Positions 42,494 through 56,144 of a stretch of DNA of 64,000 nt are shown piece by piece. This stretch comes from the human T2T-CHM13v2.0 reference genome, Homo sapiens: assembly GCF_009914755.1 (NCBI RefSeq), contig NC_060933.1; one strand, 5' to 3'. The position numbers were made by a program, and so were the translations under genes. Under the pieces are notes generated by a model that was given only the letters and a program-made list of their open reading frames with translations, did not search any database and was not told the origin of the DNA. Position 1 is the first letter of the stretch; each line of letters opens with the position of its first letter.

Positions 42494-43021
42494 ATGGTGG
42501 TTCTTAATCCTGGGTGCACATTTGAAACACCTAGGATATGTAAACAAAACCTTGTTGGTATGGTCTGAATATTGGCGTTCCCCCACCCCCAAATTCATAT
42601 GTTGGAGCCCAATACCCATTGTGGTAGTATTAAGAGGCGAGGGCTTTGAGAAGCAATTAAGTTATGAGAGCTCTACCCTTATAAATGGGATTAGTGCTCT
42701 TACAGAAAGGATTCCAGGGGGAGCTCCCTTGTTCCTTCCACCATGTGAGGACACAGCTAGGAGATACCATCTTGGAAGCGTAGAGCATCTGCTGGTACCT
42801 AGATCTTGGACTTTACAGCCTCCAGGACTGTGAGCAACAAATCTCTATCATTTATAAATTACCCAGTAGTATAAGTTACCAAAGGTATTTTGTTATAGTA
42901 GCTAAGCAGACTATGGCCCCAAACCAGTTAAATCAGTCTCTATGGGAGTGAATACTAGGCATCAGTATCTATTAAAGTTCTTTCTGTGATTCCAATATAC
43001 TGGCAAGGTTGAGAACCACTG
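42494..43021. mobile_element. MER5A-type hAT element split by a MaLR LTR
   Basis: TIR-like GGTGGTTCTTAATCCTGG ... AAGGTTGAGAACCACTG. Confidence 0.75.
42556..42917 (+). mobile_element. MaLR solo LTR (MLT1A/MSTD-like)
   Basis: TGGTATGGTCTGAAT...CCCCAAATTCATATGTTG...CCACCATGTGAGGACACAGC...CAGCCTCCAGGACTGTGAG. Confidence 0.85.
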
Positions 43022-46000
43022 ATCTTGAGAAGTAAAGAAATAAAAATATGGCATCATGAGGATTAAATGATCAATTTAAAGACAAGTGCATTTGTTAGCT
43101 GATGACAGTTTTCTAGTGTATTACTTAAATTAACCCATAATGCTGCTTCATTATGCCAAAGCCATTCAGAATTTTAAAGGCAGAGATTTGGCATTTTTGC
43201 TAATTAGAAAGTGGTTAAGGGGGACAAATAATTTTGATCTACATTTCCTCAAATGTTCACTCAAGGCAAGGGTAATGTCGTTGGGAAGTTAGACAAATGT
43301 CTAAAATTAGGAAAATAAATGCAGCACAGAACTTTCTATTGAGTTTTGCTTTAGTTAAAAAACCCAGCTTCACGTGGTTAAAAAAATATTTGCTGAGCAA
43401 ATGAATGAATGAATGACCTCTTTGTAATTAGATTCCAATTAAACAAAAATAAAGGAGGCATATCTGCTACCCCTTGACTTGACTAAAATTAATTAAACAT
43501 TAATTTCTCATCCGAGATTAACCTCAAGATAAACCATCTTTTAGAGCTGTGTTTGACTAGTTTATGAAAATCTATATTTAGCATAAGGGTGAGGAATACT
43601 GGTACCTTTGATTTCACTTTTTTTTCTGGCACTAAAAACTAAACTCAGTTTGAAAAGAATGTAAGCACTTTCTTTGGCTGTATAGCTGTTTCTATTGCTT
43701 TCTAGCCTGCTGTGCTGACCCCCAAACCACACTGCTTACGTTACTTTAGAGACCGAATCAGATGCACTATCTCTGGAGACCATGCAGGTTAGAGAAAAAT
43801 CATTAGGTTTTCCATTATAGAAGCATTACAGGAAACAAGGATTAAAATCATAACGTAGCCACAGTAGACTGGCTAATCTCACTCGAATGGGACATGGTTC
43901 CTTTGTGCCGATTATGTGGCATAACAACGGATGCACAAATGGATTGCTGTCAAGAGAGAATAAATTAATTGATTATCGGGGGTATTTTAGTCAACCTGTA
44001 ATGTGGCTGAAACATGAAAATTAATGTTGTTAAAATTCCTGTTCAATATTGAATCCCCTTCTGTGGCACTTATTGTCTGTTCTACTTCTTTTGGTTCTTT
44101 ATTTCTCTAGCAGTTGGTTGCATACTTGTAAATCTTCATGAGAATAAAACCCCCTGAGATTACAGTAACATCATTATGGAATAGTTTTCATTTACTCACG
44201 TGCCTGGTGAGAAACTAGGCTCAGAGTTGAGATGTTCAGTAAATGTTTTTTGAATTATGTTGGAAAGAGGACTGGGTTGATAGGTCACTCCATAAAGTAA
44301 ACATGTGACTGAATTCATGGTATCATAAATTATTGCAATAGCTATAAAACAAAAGGCCACATAATTCCCTGGGGTTTTACTCTATCTTGTTTCATACATA
44401 CTCAGCTTCCTCACACATATTCTTTAGCTAAATTACTGTACCTTAGGAAGCTCTATGCTTGATGGTATCTGAATGCTTTTAAAAAGTAGCAATCAAATAA
44501 GACCAAACCATAATGTATGCCATTTGGGTAGTACCTGAAATAAGGCCCAAGAACAATTCTAATAAGAACAAAAAAAGTAACTGGAGAACGTTATCTTAAT
44601 GACTGTGAGAATGAGGAAATTTCCCAACTGCTTAATGTAGGCTAAGTCCTTTACAAAGTTTCACTGGGAATTACAGCTATTTACACATCATTGTCTATAC
44701 TGAACATTATTCTACTGGAATACAATGCTGGATTCCTCATTAATCATCCTGTCACTTACATCTGATATTAATAGTCATAATAGAAGAGGGAAGTAGAGGA
44801 AAGAGAACTGGGACATGTAGGTTCTAGCTCTGGCTGAGTTACTGTAACTGTGTGGCCTTGGGAAATTCATTGGCTCTATTTGAAGGAGACACATTCATTC
44901 CGATTTTTCAGCCAACACAAAGCATTCTCTTCTGTAAAACCCCTTGTGAATTCAGCTTTAATGTAGACACTTCCTTTAAGAAAGGGAGAGCTCATTATTT
45001 TTCTGATATAGCTTATTCTTTTGCTGGACAGCTCAAAAGATTAGCAAGATTTTAATTACATTGCTCTGAAATCTTCTAAGGTACATTCATCTATTGGTGC
45101 TAGTCCTTTGGAAGACATAGAAAACATACTCTATGAATGTTAACCATCATTATCATAACTGTCATTATAAACCCATATGATATCCTCATCCCTGAAAAAA
45201 ATCATCCTTGAAAAGTTAATATAGCCATAGGGGAAAAAATAATGTTTAGAGTTAGAAGTCTTCAGTATGCATCCTACCTTCAGTGATTAATTAATCCGTA
45301 TTGATTCTGAACCTCAATTTTTTAATTTCCCATGCAAGAATTTCTACCTCAAAATGATATTCTCTGTAAAATGCTACCATTGCCTTTTTTTCCTTCAAAT
45401 TTTTATTAATATTTTTGCTGTGATAATCTTCTCATTCATTACAACCTCTTCCCCCAATTTAAAGACCTGTAAGGTAAATTCTGAAATGACAGCCCATCAC
45501 AGCCTATGTCATCCTCTGACTTGCACCTGTGTCCCATTCACCCCTCTATGAACATTTGTCACACCATGTTGATGTTTATGTCTATTACTGTCTCTTTGAT
45601 TAGAGTGTGAGCTTGTTGAGTGAAGACTTTGTGTCACTGCTTCTTTGCATCAAATGTAATTAGTTTACCTATATTGGAGGATTTAATGTGAAGATCAAAC
45701 GTGATACTGCATGTGAAAAGTAATTTGGAAAAGATGCTGTGTCATGCAAAGTTAAGGTTGAATTATTGCTGTTATAGTTTCCTCACCGAAGAAAAAGAAC
45801 TCTCTAAGCAGCTAAGAAACCATAATGAGGTGGTGAAGAGCAAAAGCATGTTATTTTCAACTGATGGAAGATGAATTTATAAATTTTGTGGTTCTGAAGA
45901 TAATTTATAGTCAACATAGGACATCACACAAGATTTTACTAGTTCTTTTCAGTCTTACAGAATGTAGAAGGATTGCAAGGATCCAGGGTTTCTCTAGAAC

Positions 46001-46214
46001 CATGGAGTTCTGGAATGTTTCTCTTTCAATTCATTTACAGATTTAATCTCCTCTAAATGTTTATAGAAATCATTATTTTTTGTTGTCAAAGCCAGAATTT
46101 TCCTCTTATTTACTGAAATTCATAATACAAGTTCCTTCAGCTCAACATAACACAATTTCTTCTTTTTTTCTTAGCTTCAAAAAAGGACAAATATTCTGAT
46201 CTCTATCCTAAAGG

Positions 46215-46406
46215 GAAGGTCAGACACTAAATGTATTTTAGGCTTTGTGAGCTATAAAGTCTCTGTTGCAACTACTCAACTGAGTGCAAAAGTAGCCAGA
46301 GACAATATGTGAACAATCTGGCATGGCTGTGTTCCAATCTTATGCATATTTACCAAAGAAGCAACGGGCAAAATTTGACCCACAGGCCATAGTGTGCCCA
46401 CCCGTG
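46215..46406. mobile_element. MER58A hAT element
   Basis: TTTTAGGCTTTGTGAGC...GTCTCTGTTGCAACTACTCAACT...GGCTGTGTTCCAAT...CACAGGCCATAGTGTGCCCACCC. Confidence 0.8.
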
Positions 46407-46411
46407 ACCTA

Positions 46412-46580
46412 GTACATTGCTACTTAAAGAGCAGTCTGCAGACTCTGAGTATTAGCATCACCTGGGAGCCTGTTAGAAATGCAGAATCTCAGGCTCCACG
46501 CTAGACCTACTGAATCAGTATCTGCATTTTAACAAGATTTCCAGGTGACTCACATGCATATGCAAGATTGAGAACTGTGG
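46412..46580. mobile_element. MER5A hAT element
   Basis: GCATCACCTGGGAGCCTGTTAGAAATGCAGAATCTCAGGCTCCAC...AGACCTACTGAATCAG. Confidence 0.9.
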
Positions 46581-47294
46581 TGGCAGATGAATAACACAAG
46601 GGAGACATCTGGGAGCCTATTGTGTCATGCTCACTGGGGTGGGCTGCCTTCTGGGAATGTAACTTGTGGGCCTTTTTCAGTCTCTCCTTCCTTTGCCAGT
46701 TTCCTTCTCCTGGTACATTCTCACCCACTAACCGCATGCTCTGTTCCTGCTGTCAGCTTGCCTTGCCACCTCCTTAGCCAAGCAGCTGCTCATTCCTCAG
46801 GTTCTGTGTCCTCCAGGGAGAGCTTTGGGAACTTGTCAGATGGAAAGGGTTTGGCTCGATGAAAGCATTGCTGGATACATGACTGCACCTTATATATTTA
46901 CACGATGCCCCTGCCTACCCACCTCTTTTCTGTACCTATCTCTCCTTTCTAGTGTCAATATAAATGGGAAAAGAAGCTCAAGGTGCACCTCTGCAACCTG
47001 CACGTTGTGATCCTAAAGAGCCTACAATAATGTTGAACACTTTTCAATAACATAATAATGCCAATGACAAAAAAAATTCTAAGAGTGCTGGGGGCAAAGC
47101 AATTGAGCTGTTCTAGCATTTTCATAAATGGAAGCCAGAGGCCTTAATTATGATGTATTTTTCTTCAGGTAAGACTTACAAGCAATTTGGAAAAGGCAAT
47201 TATGTAATTTTCCTGCCGTTCTCCCTCCCCCTTCTCTTTTATCCTTCTTTATTAATAGGCATCTATCAGAATGAAGTGGCCCACACACAACTTT

Positions 47295-47355
47295 GGGTTG
47301 ACTCAAGTGGGTACAAATTGATTATTCAGCCTTGTAATCCGATTAAAACAATCCT
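47295..47355. promoter_or_regulatory. Candidate enhancer core (paired-homeodomain dimer site)
   Basis: TAATCCGATTA at 47335-47345, TGACTCA at 47299-47305, TCAAGTG at 47303-47309; motif-level evidence only. Confidence 0.3.
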
Positions 47356-47669
47356 AGAATAGCCCACTAGGCTGTATGAGGTTTTCTGTGGTGAAAGATG
47401 CCCTGTGCTGGCTCCTGCTCTCACCAAGTGGCTGCCTGGCCCGTACTTAAACACATCCAGTGGCAGACAACTTATCTACCTGAAGCCTACTGCTTCATAT
47501 ATATTAGGTCCTCAATAAATACTTATTGAAGGCATGCCCTTTCTTCCAGGGCAGTACTTGACACTTGGTAAGAGACAACTTACTAAAATCTCTCTTTTTC
47601 TAATTTCAACTGATTTATCTTTCTCTGATCTTGTGAAACCCTACCTTGGGCCCTATATAAAAAGGCAAT

Positions 47670-47895
47670 TAAGAGAAATTGCTACAATTTGCCATGCCTG
47701 GCGCACTATACATTCATTTTCTTAATTAATCTTCACTATAAGTAGTTGCTATTATTATTATTTCTATTTTAAAGATGAGGAAACAGAGCCTTTGAAAGAG
47801 AGCAATTCATCTGAAGCCTCACAATTAGAAAGTGGAGGAATGGAGATGTGAATCCAAGCAGTATAACTGGAGGTAAATGCTCTAAACCATTAAAT
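47670..47895 (-). mobile_element. MIR SINE
   Basis: CTATTTTAAAGATGAGGAAACAGAG...TTAGAAAGTGGAGGAATGGAGATGTGAATCCAAGCAG. Confidence 0.75.
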
Positions 47896-49724
47896 ACTAT
47901 AGGGCTTATAATAAAAATTTAGGGTGTAGAGGATTCTCCAATGACTAGCATTTCCACAAACTTATAAGCTGCACAGTAAGTCACGGACTCTTGAAGCCCA
48001 CGCACAGGAAGCTATTATGCATGGGTCATCAGGAAAGGCATTGAAAGCTGATGCTGACATTCTATTAGTCCCACTCAGGTGCAGCAATGCAAAAATCCTC
48101 AATTTGTCAGGGGTCCCATTACAATCAGAAGCATATCTCTGGTAAACACATAAATGGTGGTAGGTTCCCTGAAGAGTTAACTGGTAGAGTCCCACTGATC
48201 ACCTTTCACTTCCTCCTTGATAGTGAGGTCTCCAGGCTTTTCACCAAAGCCTCTAATGCAATCCCACAGCAACCGGCTGTGCTCCCTGGTGAAGGCAATG
48301 CATTAGTAGTGTGAAAAAATTGCAGCTCACAAGCCATTCCTTGAGCAACTGTGCTGACAGCAACAGGCCCCTTCTACTGCCACAGGGACAGGTCTCCTAG
48401 AAGAACATCCAATTCCTGAAAATTAGAATAACCCAGTTCACCTCAAATGAATGAAAATTGTCATTCTGTTTGGATTTCTGTGGTCATAAGCCCAAATATT
48501 TGTCTGCAGTCTTGCTGTTTCAGGCAGTTACTGAGGCTAATAGAGCTAGGAGAGAGGACTGAATAGCATCTCAGCTACTCTGCAAAATGAAACCTGAAAG
48601 AGAGGTGAAAAACTGCACATGATTTTTTCTCTTCCTCTGGTTGATAATGACAACAAATCACTATTTATGGTGGACATCACAAAGTTGCCTTCCTGGATGG
48701 TGGGATAAAAGACATTAAATCATTTTATGAAGTTCAAGTGTCATACAAATGCGAGGTTGATGCTATTGTTATCCACCTTGGATTAGGATGGTTACCGCTG
48801 GATTGGCTTGTGACAGACAGTGTCTAAGCAAACAGAAATGTCAAAGAAAACACTATTGGAGAGACCAGAATGCATATGTAAGCTGATAGCATGTTGTGCC
48901 TCTCATGTCATGTACGAGCATGATGTTAGAGTATGATTTAAACCCAATTCAATCCAGGCTACTATAGCTTGCAGCATCCTTCTTGGGAGATGTACATGTC
49001 ACTGAAACAGGGTGTTTTAGTCAATTGGCCTCCTATCGATAGTATCTAACTTACCAAATTTTCCCGTATTTCCAGTGCTATCCAACTACCCTTCTCTTCA
49101 TACTTACAATTTCAGATGCATTTACTTTCTCAATAGATATTGACAAATACCATGTCCCAGGCACTGATCTATACATTGGTATAAAGCCAAATAAGATAGG
49201 AGTCTCCCCTCAGCATCTAGTAGGATGAAATGGATAAACACATACAGGTAAAAAGGTGTTACAGGTACTTTGAAGTTCCCTGTACAATTTATAGTTAGAG
49301 AAAGAAGGAAGAAGAGACTAGCTCTATCAGAGAAGGAGTGAGACAGACATAGATTAGGAAAACATTCAAGCAAGACCTGCTTTGGCCTGGAGGTGGTTAT
49401 GGCACTATAAGGAAACTTTGAGTATTTCTGATCTAGTTCATTATATCCAACCCAGAGACAACCTTGTTTTCCTCATTTCTAAACATGTGCTGAGCACCTA
49501 CTTTGTGCTAGAACTATGGATTTTGGAATTTACAGTCTAACCTGGAGGTAGACATATTATTAATTGTATCTACAGAAGAGAGGTCCACTCCAGGAAGAAA
49601 TTATGTGGCCTTCACACATGTTTTTGCCTTGGTCTGGAATTCTTTTCCTGAGGCCCCTGGCCACCTCTCCAACTTACGGGGCTCACTGTTACCCTGCCTT
49701 CATGATGCAGTGGAGTCAGTACTT

Positions 49725-50070
49725 GTACAGGTCATAACCTAGTACCTGGAAGGATTGTATTTCCTAGCTGGGTGAGGCCACAAAAGTAATCCTGACCAGT
49801 GAGATGTGAGCAGAGCAGGGTGTACCACTTTTGGGTGGAGTATTTGCATGTTAGTGCCAAATCCTCAGAGCCCTTTTAATCCCTCTCGGTTAGTAATTGG
49901 TGTCATTGGAGTTGATGACTGTTCCATCAGCCTGTGTCCCTAAGTAACCATTAGTAGCAGAAGCTCCTGTCAAACTGCAGTAGACATCTAGGTGAATAAA
50001 AAATAAGGCATAAGTCCCTGAGATTTTGGGTTCTTAGTTAACAGAAAAATTCACGGTGTCCTGAGGATAT
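49725..50070 (+). mobile_element. Old MaLR LTR (MLT1I-like)
   Basis: GACCAGTGAGATGTGAGCAGAG, CTGTTCCATCAGCCTGTGTCCC, TAAGTCCCTGAGATTTTGGG. Confidence 0.65.
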
Positions 50071-50543
50071 GCTCTTTTGGGGGTAAGGCCTCCACAGTGC
50101 CCTAAATAGTTTAGGCCTCTCATCTGTATGTATGTATTGCTCCCAGTGCACACTCTTAAATTTTTTTAAAAAACCACATTTTAAACATGTTTAACAGGTT
50201 AAGCTATAAAAGGAGATGAACGATACTTGCCTTATTTATTAACTTGTCCATGGGGCCTACCACAATGAGTGGGAGACAGAAAATAAAGTCTTGTTGAAAG
50301 AATAAATCAAGGAATCAATGGACAAATGAACCAGGAATTATTGCATGAAATCAAGTGTTTTTGAAGGGACTCAACTCTTTATGTAAATACCATACTGCTC
50401 AAAGCCTGGGGAATACGTCAATGACTTCACAGCATTCCTCCTGCCCTTCCCTGACTGCTGTCCCTCAGTTTTAAATAAACTCAATGTCAAATAATCCTAA
50501 TTTCAATAGGACAAATTGTAGTTTCCAAAAGAATCAGTTTTAC

Positions 50544-52290
<1,747 letters not shown>

Positions 52291-55200
52291 ACCATCAGTT
52301 TTACAAGATCCATTTAGCAGGAACAAAGGTTTTCCCTGAATTGACCTGGAATTTGCTTCATCTCTTTTATCGCGTTGGAGGAAATACTGCTCCTGGATGT
52401 TTGCTTGGACCCATGGTTAGACTGCACGCCTCTGATGTGGACAACAGCCCATAGACTATGGACTACCACATGTCTCTTGAAAACATGTCTTTGATGAAGC
52501 AACTCCCCTCCCTGCAAAAACGTAGCAATTAACTAAAGCAAGTAAGATTATGTCTTGGAAAGATAATGAGGTTTACTTCCCTGCCTATATAATTTTTGCC
52601 TGTGTGTGTCTGGATCCCAGCTTGGATCTCATCCAGCTCACTCCTGGGAAAACATAGCTGGTATACTCCGTAGTACTTTAATGAAGTGCCTGCCTGTGTT
52701 AAGAAAACATCAAAGTTGCTCCAGCTTCAAAACCAGCTAAATTTTGGAAGCTGCAATTTGAGGGCAGTATGGGGAACTCCCTTCACCTCTCTGGCAAGTG
52801 AACTAATGACAAGAGAACAAGGATGACCACCATTGTGTGTCCTGTGTGTTACTAAGCTCTGAGTCTTCACACATCTATTTTACACATGGTCCCTTCATTA
52901 GTCTAGGACATGGGAGGTGTAGGAGACAGACAAGCCAGAAAGACCTTTCACACTGGCTCATGGCCAGATCTGTGTTCCTTGAGGAGGCTAGACAGGTTGG
53001 GATATTACGTAAGAAGTGCCATGTAGCCCTTGTCAATCACTTCCACCCTCCTTTCCCCTGTTCCTCTAATGCGCCTCAAGTTGACTTGACCGTCTATTTT
53101 GCCTCGGGTATAAACTTATTTCCAGCTCCTGCACTGAAACCTGCTGAGCATTTATGCACAGAGCCACTGGCTGTGCAGCTGGAGCAATGGCCCGTGCTCA
53201 CCGTCACCTCTCTTTGTTATGCTTGCTTCCAGTACATTCATCTTGTTGCTAGTTTTTGTTTCCCTGATCATTTGTGATTGCCTGTGTTCTGCCACTGTAT
53301 GGCTACTCAGCCTTATTTTCCAGTGACAAGGATAGTCTCCTTTGGACAGTTAGGGACAAACAAATAAATAGCATGATTTATAGACCAAAGTGCCAAAGAG
53401 TGAAAAAACAAACCCTGAGTAATCTCCATAATACTAATCTAGACATACACTCACAAAGTCAGGAAATACAGAAGTTAAGTTGTCCATCTCAATGCTACAC
53501 CTTGGAAGGAAAATTCTAAGTTGTTTTGGAGAAGATACAATAAAGCTGTGTCAACATGATAGCGAATCCATTTTGGCACATCTGCAATATGTGGGGCCAG
53601 CTGGTAAAAGGATGATGCCAATGAAGGACATCAGTCCAAATCTCGTGTAGACCTGTGTGTTTCTCTGATCAGGGATAACAGGCTTCCTCCTGAACTTTAC
53701 TGCTCAGAAAGGAGCCGGTGTTGGGGATAGGTATGGGAAGGGATAAATCAGCATCAGTATTATGACAGTGAACACAAGCATAGTTAAGAATTTCAAGCTA
53801 TATTCCTGATCAATATCATTTGGATATATCTCAAACCAGTTTTTTTTTCCTACTCAGTTGATTGGAGAATTCTGTCGAGAGTCAGTTTGTAGTTCCAAGC
53901 CTATCCTGTTGAACCACTCAGTCAGCAATTCAATTCAAAGAACATTTACTGAGTGTTCTCTGTTTGTAAGCCATCGGAGAGCAAAGGACCAGAATGTCTT
54001 ATATTTCTATTTATTCTCAACCCTTAGAATAATGCTAGGCACACAGGTACTCCATAAATGTGTGATGAACATAACTGAACTACTACATGGAGAAGGAGGA
54101 CTAATATATAATAAACACCCACTGGGTACCAGGCATGCTAGGCACTGAGGGATCAGTGACGAATGGAACTGCCTCTGCCCTGGGGAGCCTATACTCAATC
54201 AAGTCTTTCCTTGTGGATCTTACATGCAGATGATCTGGAAAATTAACCACTGAACTCAGACACTCTCAGGGCAGATTCAGAATTGCTCAAGTTCATGATT
54301 AATTAATGGCTTTAAAAAAGCTTACGGCACCTTTTTTGGCTATCCCTTTTTTGGGGGTGGTGGGGGAGGCGTATCCTTAATCTTCTGAAAGAAAGGAGAG
54401 TATACGTCTTCAGGATGGACCTAGATATGGCGTGGAACCTGAAACCTGCATCTCATGTTTTCTCTTTCCTTGATTAATAGTTGGTTTAGGTTGGTTCACA
54501 GTAAAAAACTCATCAGTCAAGCTGGGTACCTCTTAGGAAGTACTGGCTCCCTGCATTGAGGTTGACTGCTGGGAGCATCTCACCAAACACCATAGGTCAT
54601 GCATGTAGACAATAGCTCTCAGGTCTAATTTCCTATCATCTTACTGAAAACAGAGCTCTTGTAGAAGACATCTGCGAAACTCTGACTAGTACCTTCTTGG
54701 AGCTACCACTAGCATCTGTACATCCCTCTCCTATAGAAGCTATCGTTGAACAGCAATAATTTATTGCTGTGTCTCCTTCACTTGGCTGTGAGCTCCTTGA
54801 GGATCCAGACTGCTGATAGCATAGGTGGCCCAGAATCACCTGCAGGCGGAGCTCAGAGCCATAATGCTAGAAGCTGAAGTTTTCCTTGGGAGAAAGCAAG
54901 CATGGAACTTTGATTTCCACTTTCTCTTTTTGGGTTGCTACAAGCTTAAAGGAAATTTCTATTTTAATCACATCTTTTGTGCTGCTAATTTGCTGAGATA
55001 TGCCCAGGAGTTCTCCCTACTCTATCCTTTAAAAAAGTCGAACAGGAACCAGAGTAGGTCCTAGGAAAATCGTGTATGAAGAGAGGTTCATAGAAGGCCA
55101 CCAGTTTTAGTGTCGGGGGCACCATTCATACAGAATATAATGTGAATTGTGTACCCTAGAGATGCTTCTGTGAACCCTTTCCTCATCCGTGGTCACTTCT

Positions 55201-55957
55201 GTGCAAAGGAGCAGCCAATTCTGCAGGCTAAGAGAAGGCATGGGAATTTAGAACCACAGCCTGTGCTGTGTTTGTTCCTCCCTGCAGGGTCTTTGAGTGG
55301 TGACTGTGCCTCAGGGCTCTGCAGTGGGGACAGTTAGCTGAAAGGATACAATCCAGCCACAATTTACCATCATTTCACTTACAATCATGTCTTAATCTCC
55401 TATTCATTTCAGCGTCTGCAGCTTCCAGCACCCTGAACTTGGTAGGTATTCAACAGATGGTGGTTGAAGGAAGCTGCTGAATGACTGTAGTTTCTCCTAT
55501 TTACCTCCTACATAGTGATGCATAAGGTGAATCTTAAGAGAGATCAGAAGGCTTAAGGACTAAGGATATGTGAAGATATTTGATGATCACTATTTGGCTT
55601 GATTTGATGATTTTGCTCTTAGGAATCCCATTTTGAGCACGCTAGAAAGAAGATAAACTTTAGAGTCAGTTTCAGATTCTGGCTTTCCTACTTATTAAAT
55701 GTATGACCTTGGACAAGTTCTGAGCCACACTCTCCTCAAATGAAAAATGGCAATAATATTACCTACCATAGCTACTCAGTAGTTATTATTATGCTTATTA
55801 TTATCTCCCTTCCTCCCTTCAAAACCTGGATCTTTGTCTTCCTTTGTGACCAACACCTAGTTACCTTTTCCTATTGTGTTTGACTGCTTTTCCACACATT
55901 GTTGGCAGGACCATGGCATGTCACTGAATTCCTAGCTCTTGTCCTGACATCCTGGAT

Positions 55958-56144
55958 TTGCACTGTCCAGTACAGTAGCCACTAACTAGATATAGCTGTT
56001 TAAATTTAAATTAATTACATAAAATTAAAATTTCAGTTCTTCGACCACCCTAGACCCACTTCAAGTGGTTAGTGGCTACCATATTGAACAGAACGGCTAT
56101 AAAATGTATCCATTTTGCAGAAAGTTCTATAGGCCTATGGTGCT
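55958..56144. mobile_element. MER3-like hAT element
   Basis: CACTGTCCAGTACAGTAGCCACTA...TAGTGGCTACCATATTGAACAG...GCAGAAAGTTCTAT. Confidence 0.75.

Noticed and set aside
52346-52511. Minus-strand coding exon candidate (GGELLHQRHVFKR...)
   Set aside because: Acceptor is plausible but the donor (GTCAAT) is weak, the peptide is unrecognised and no partner exons were found.
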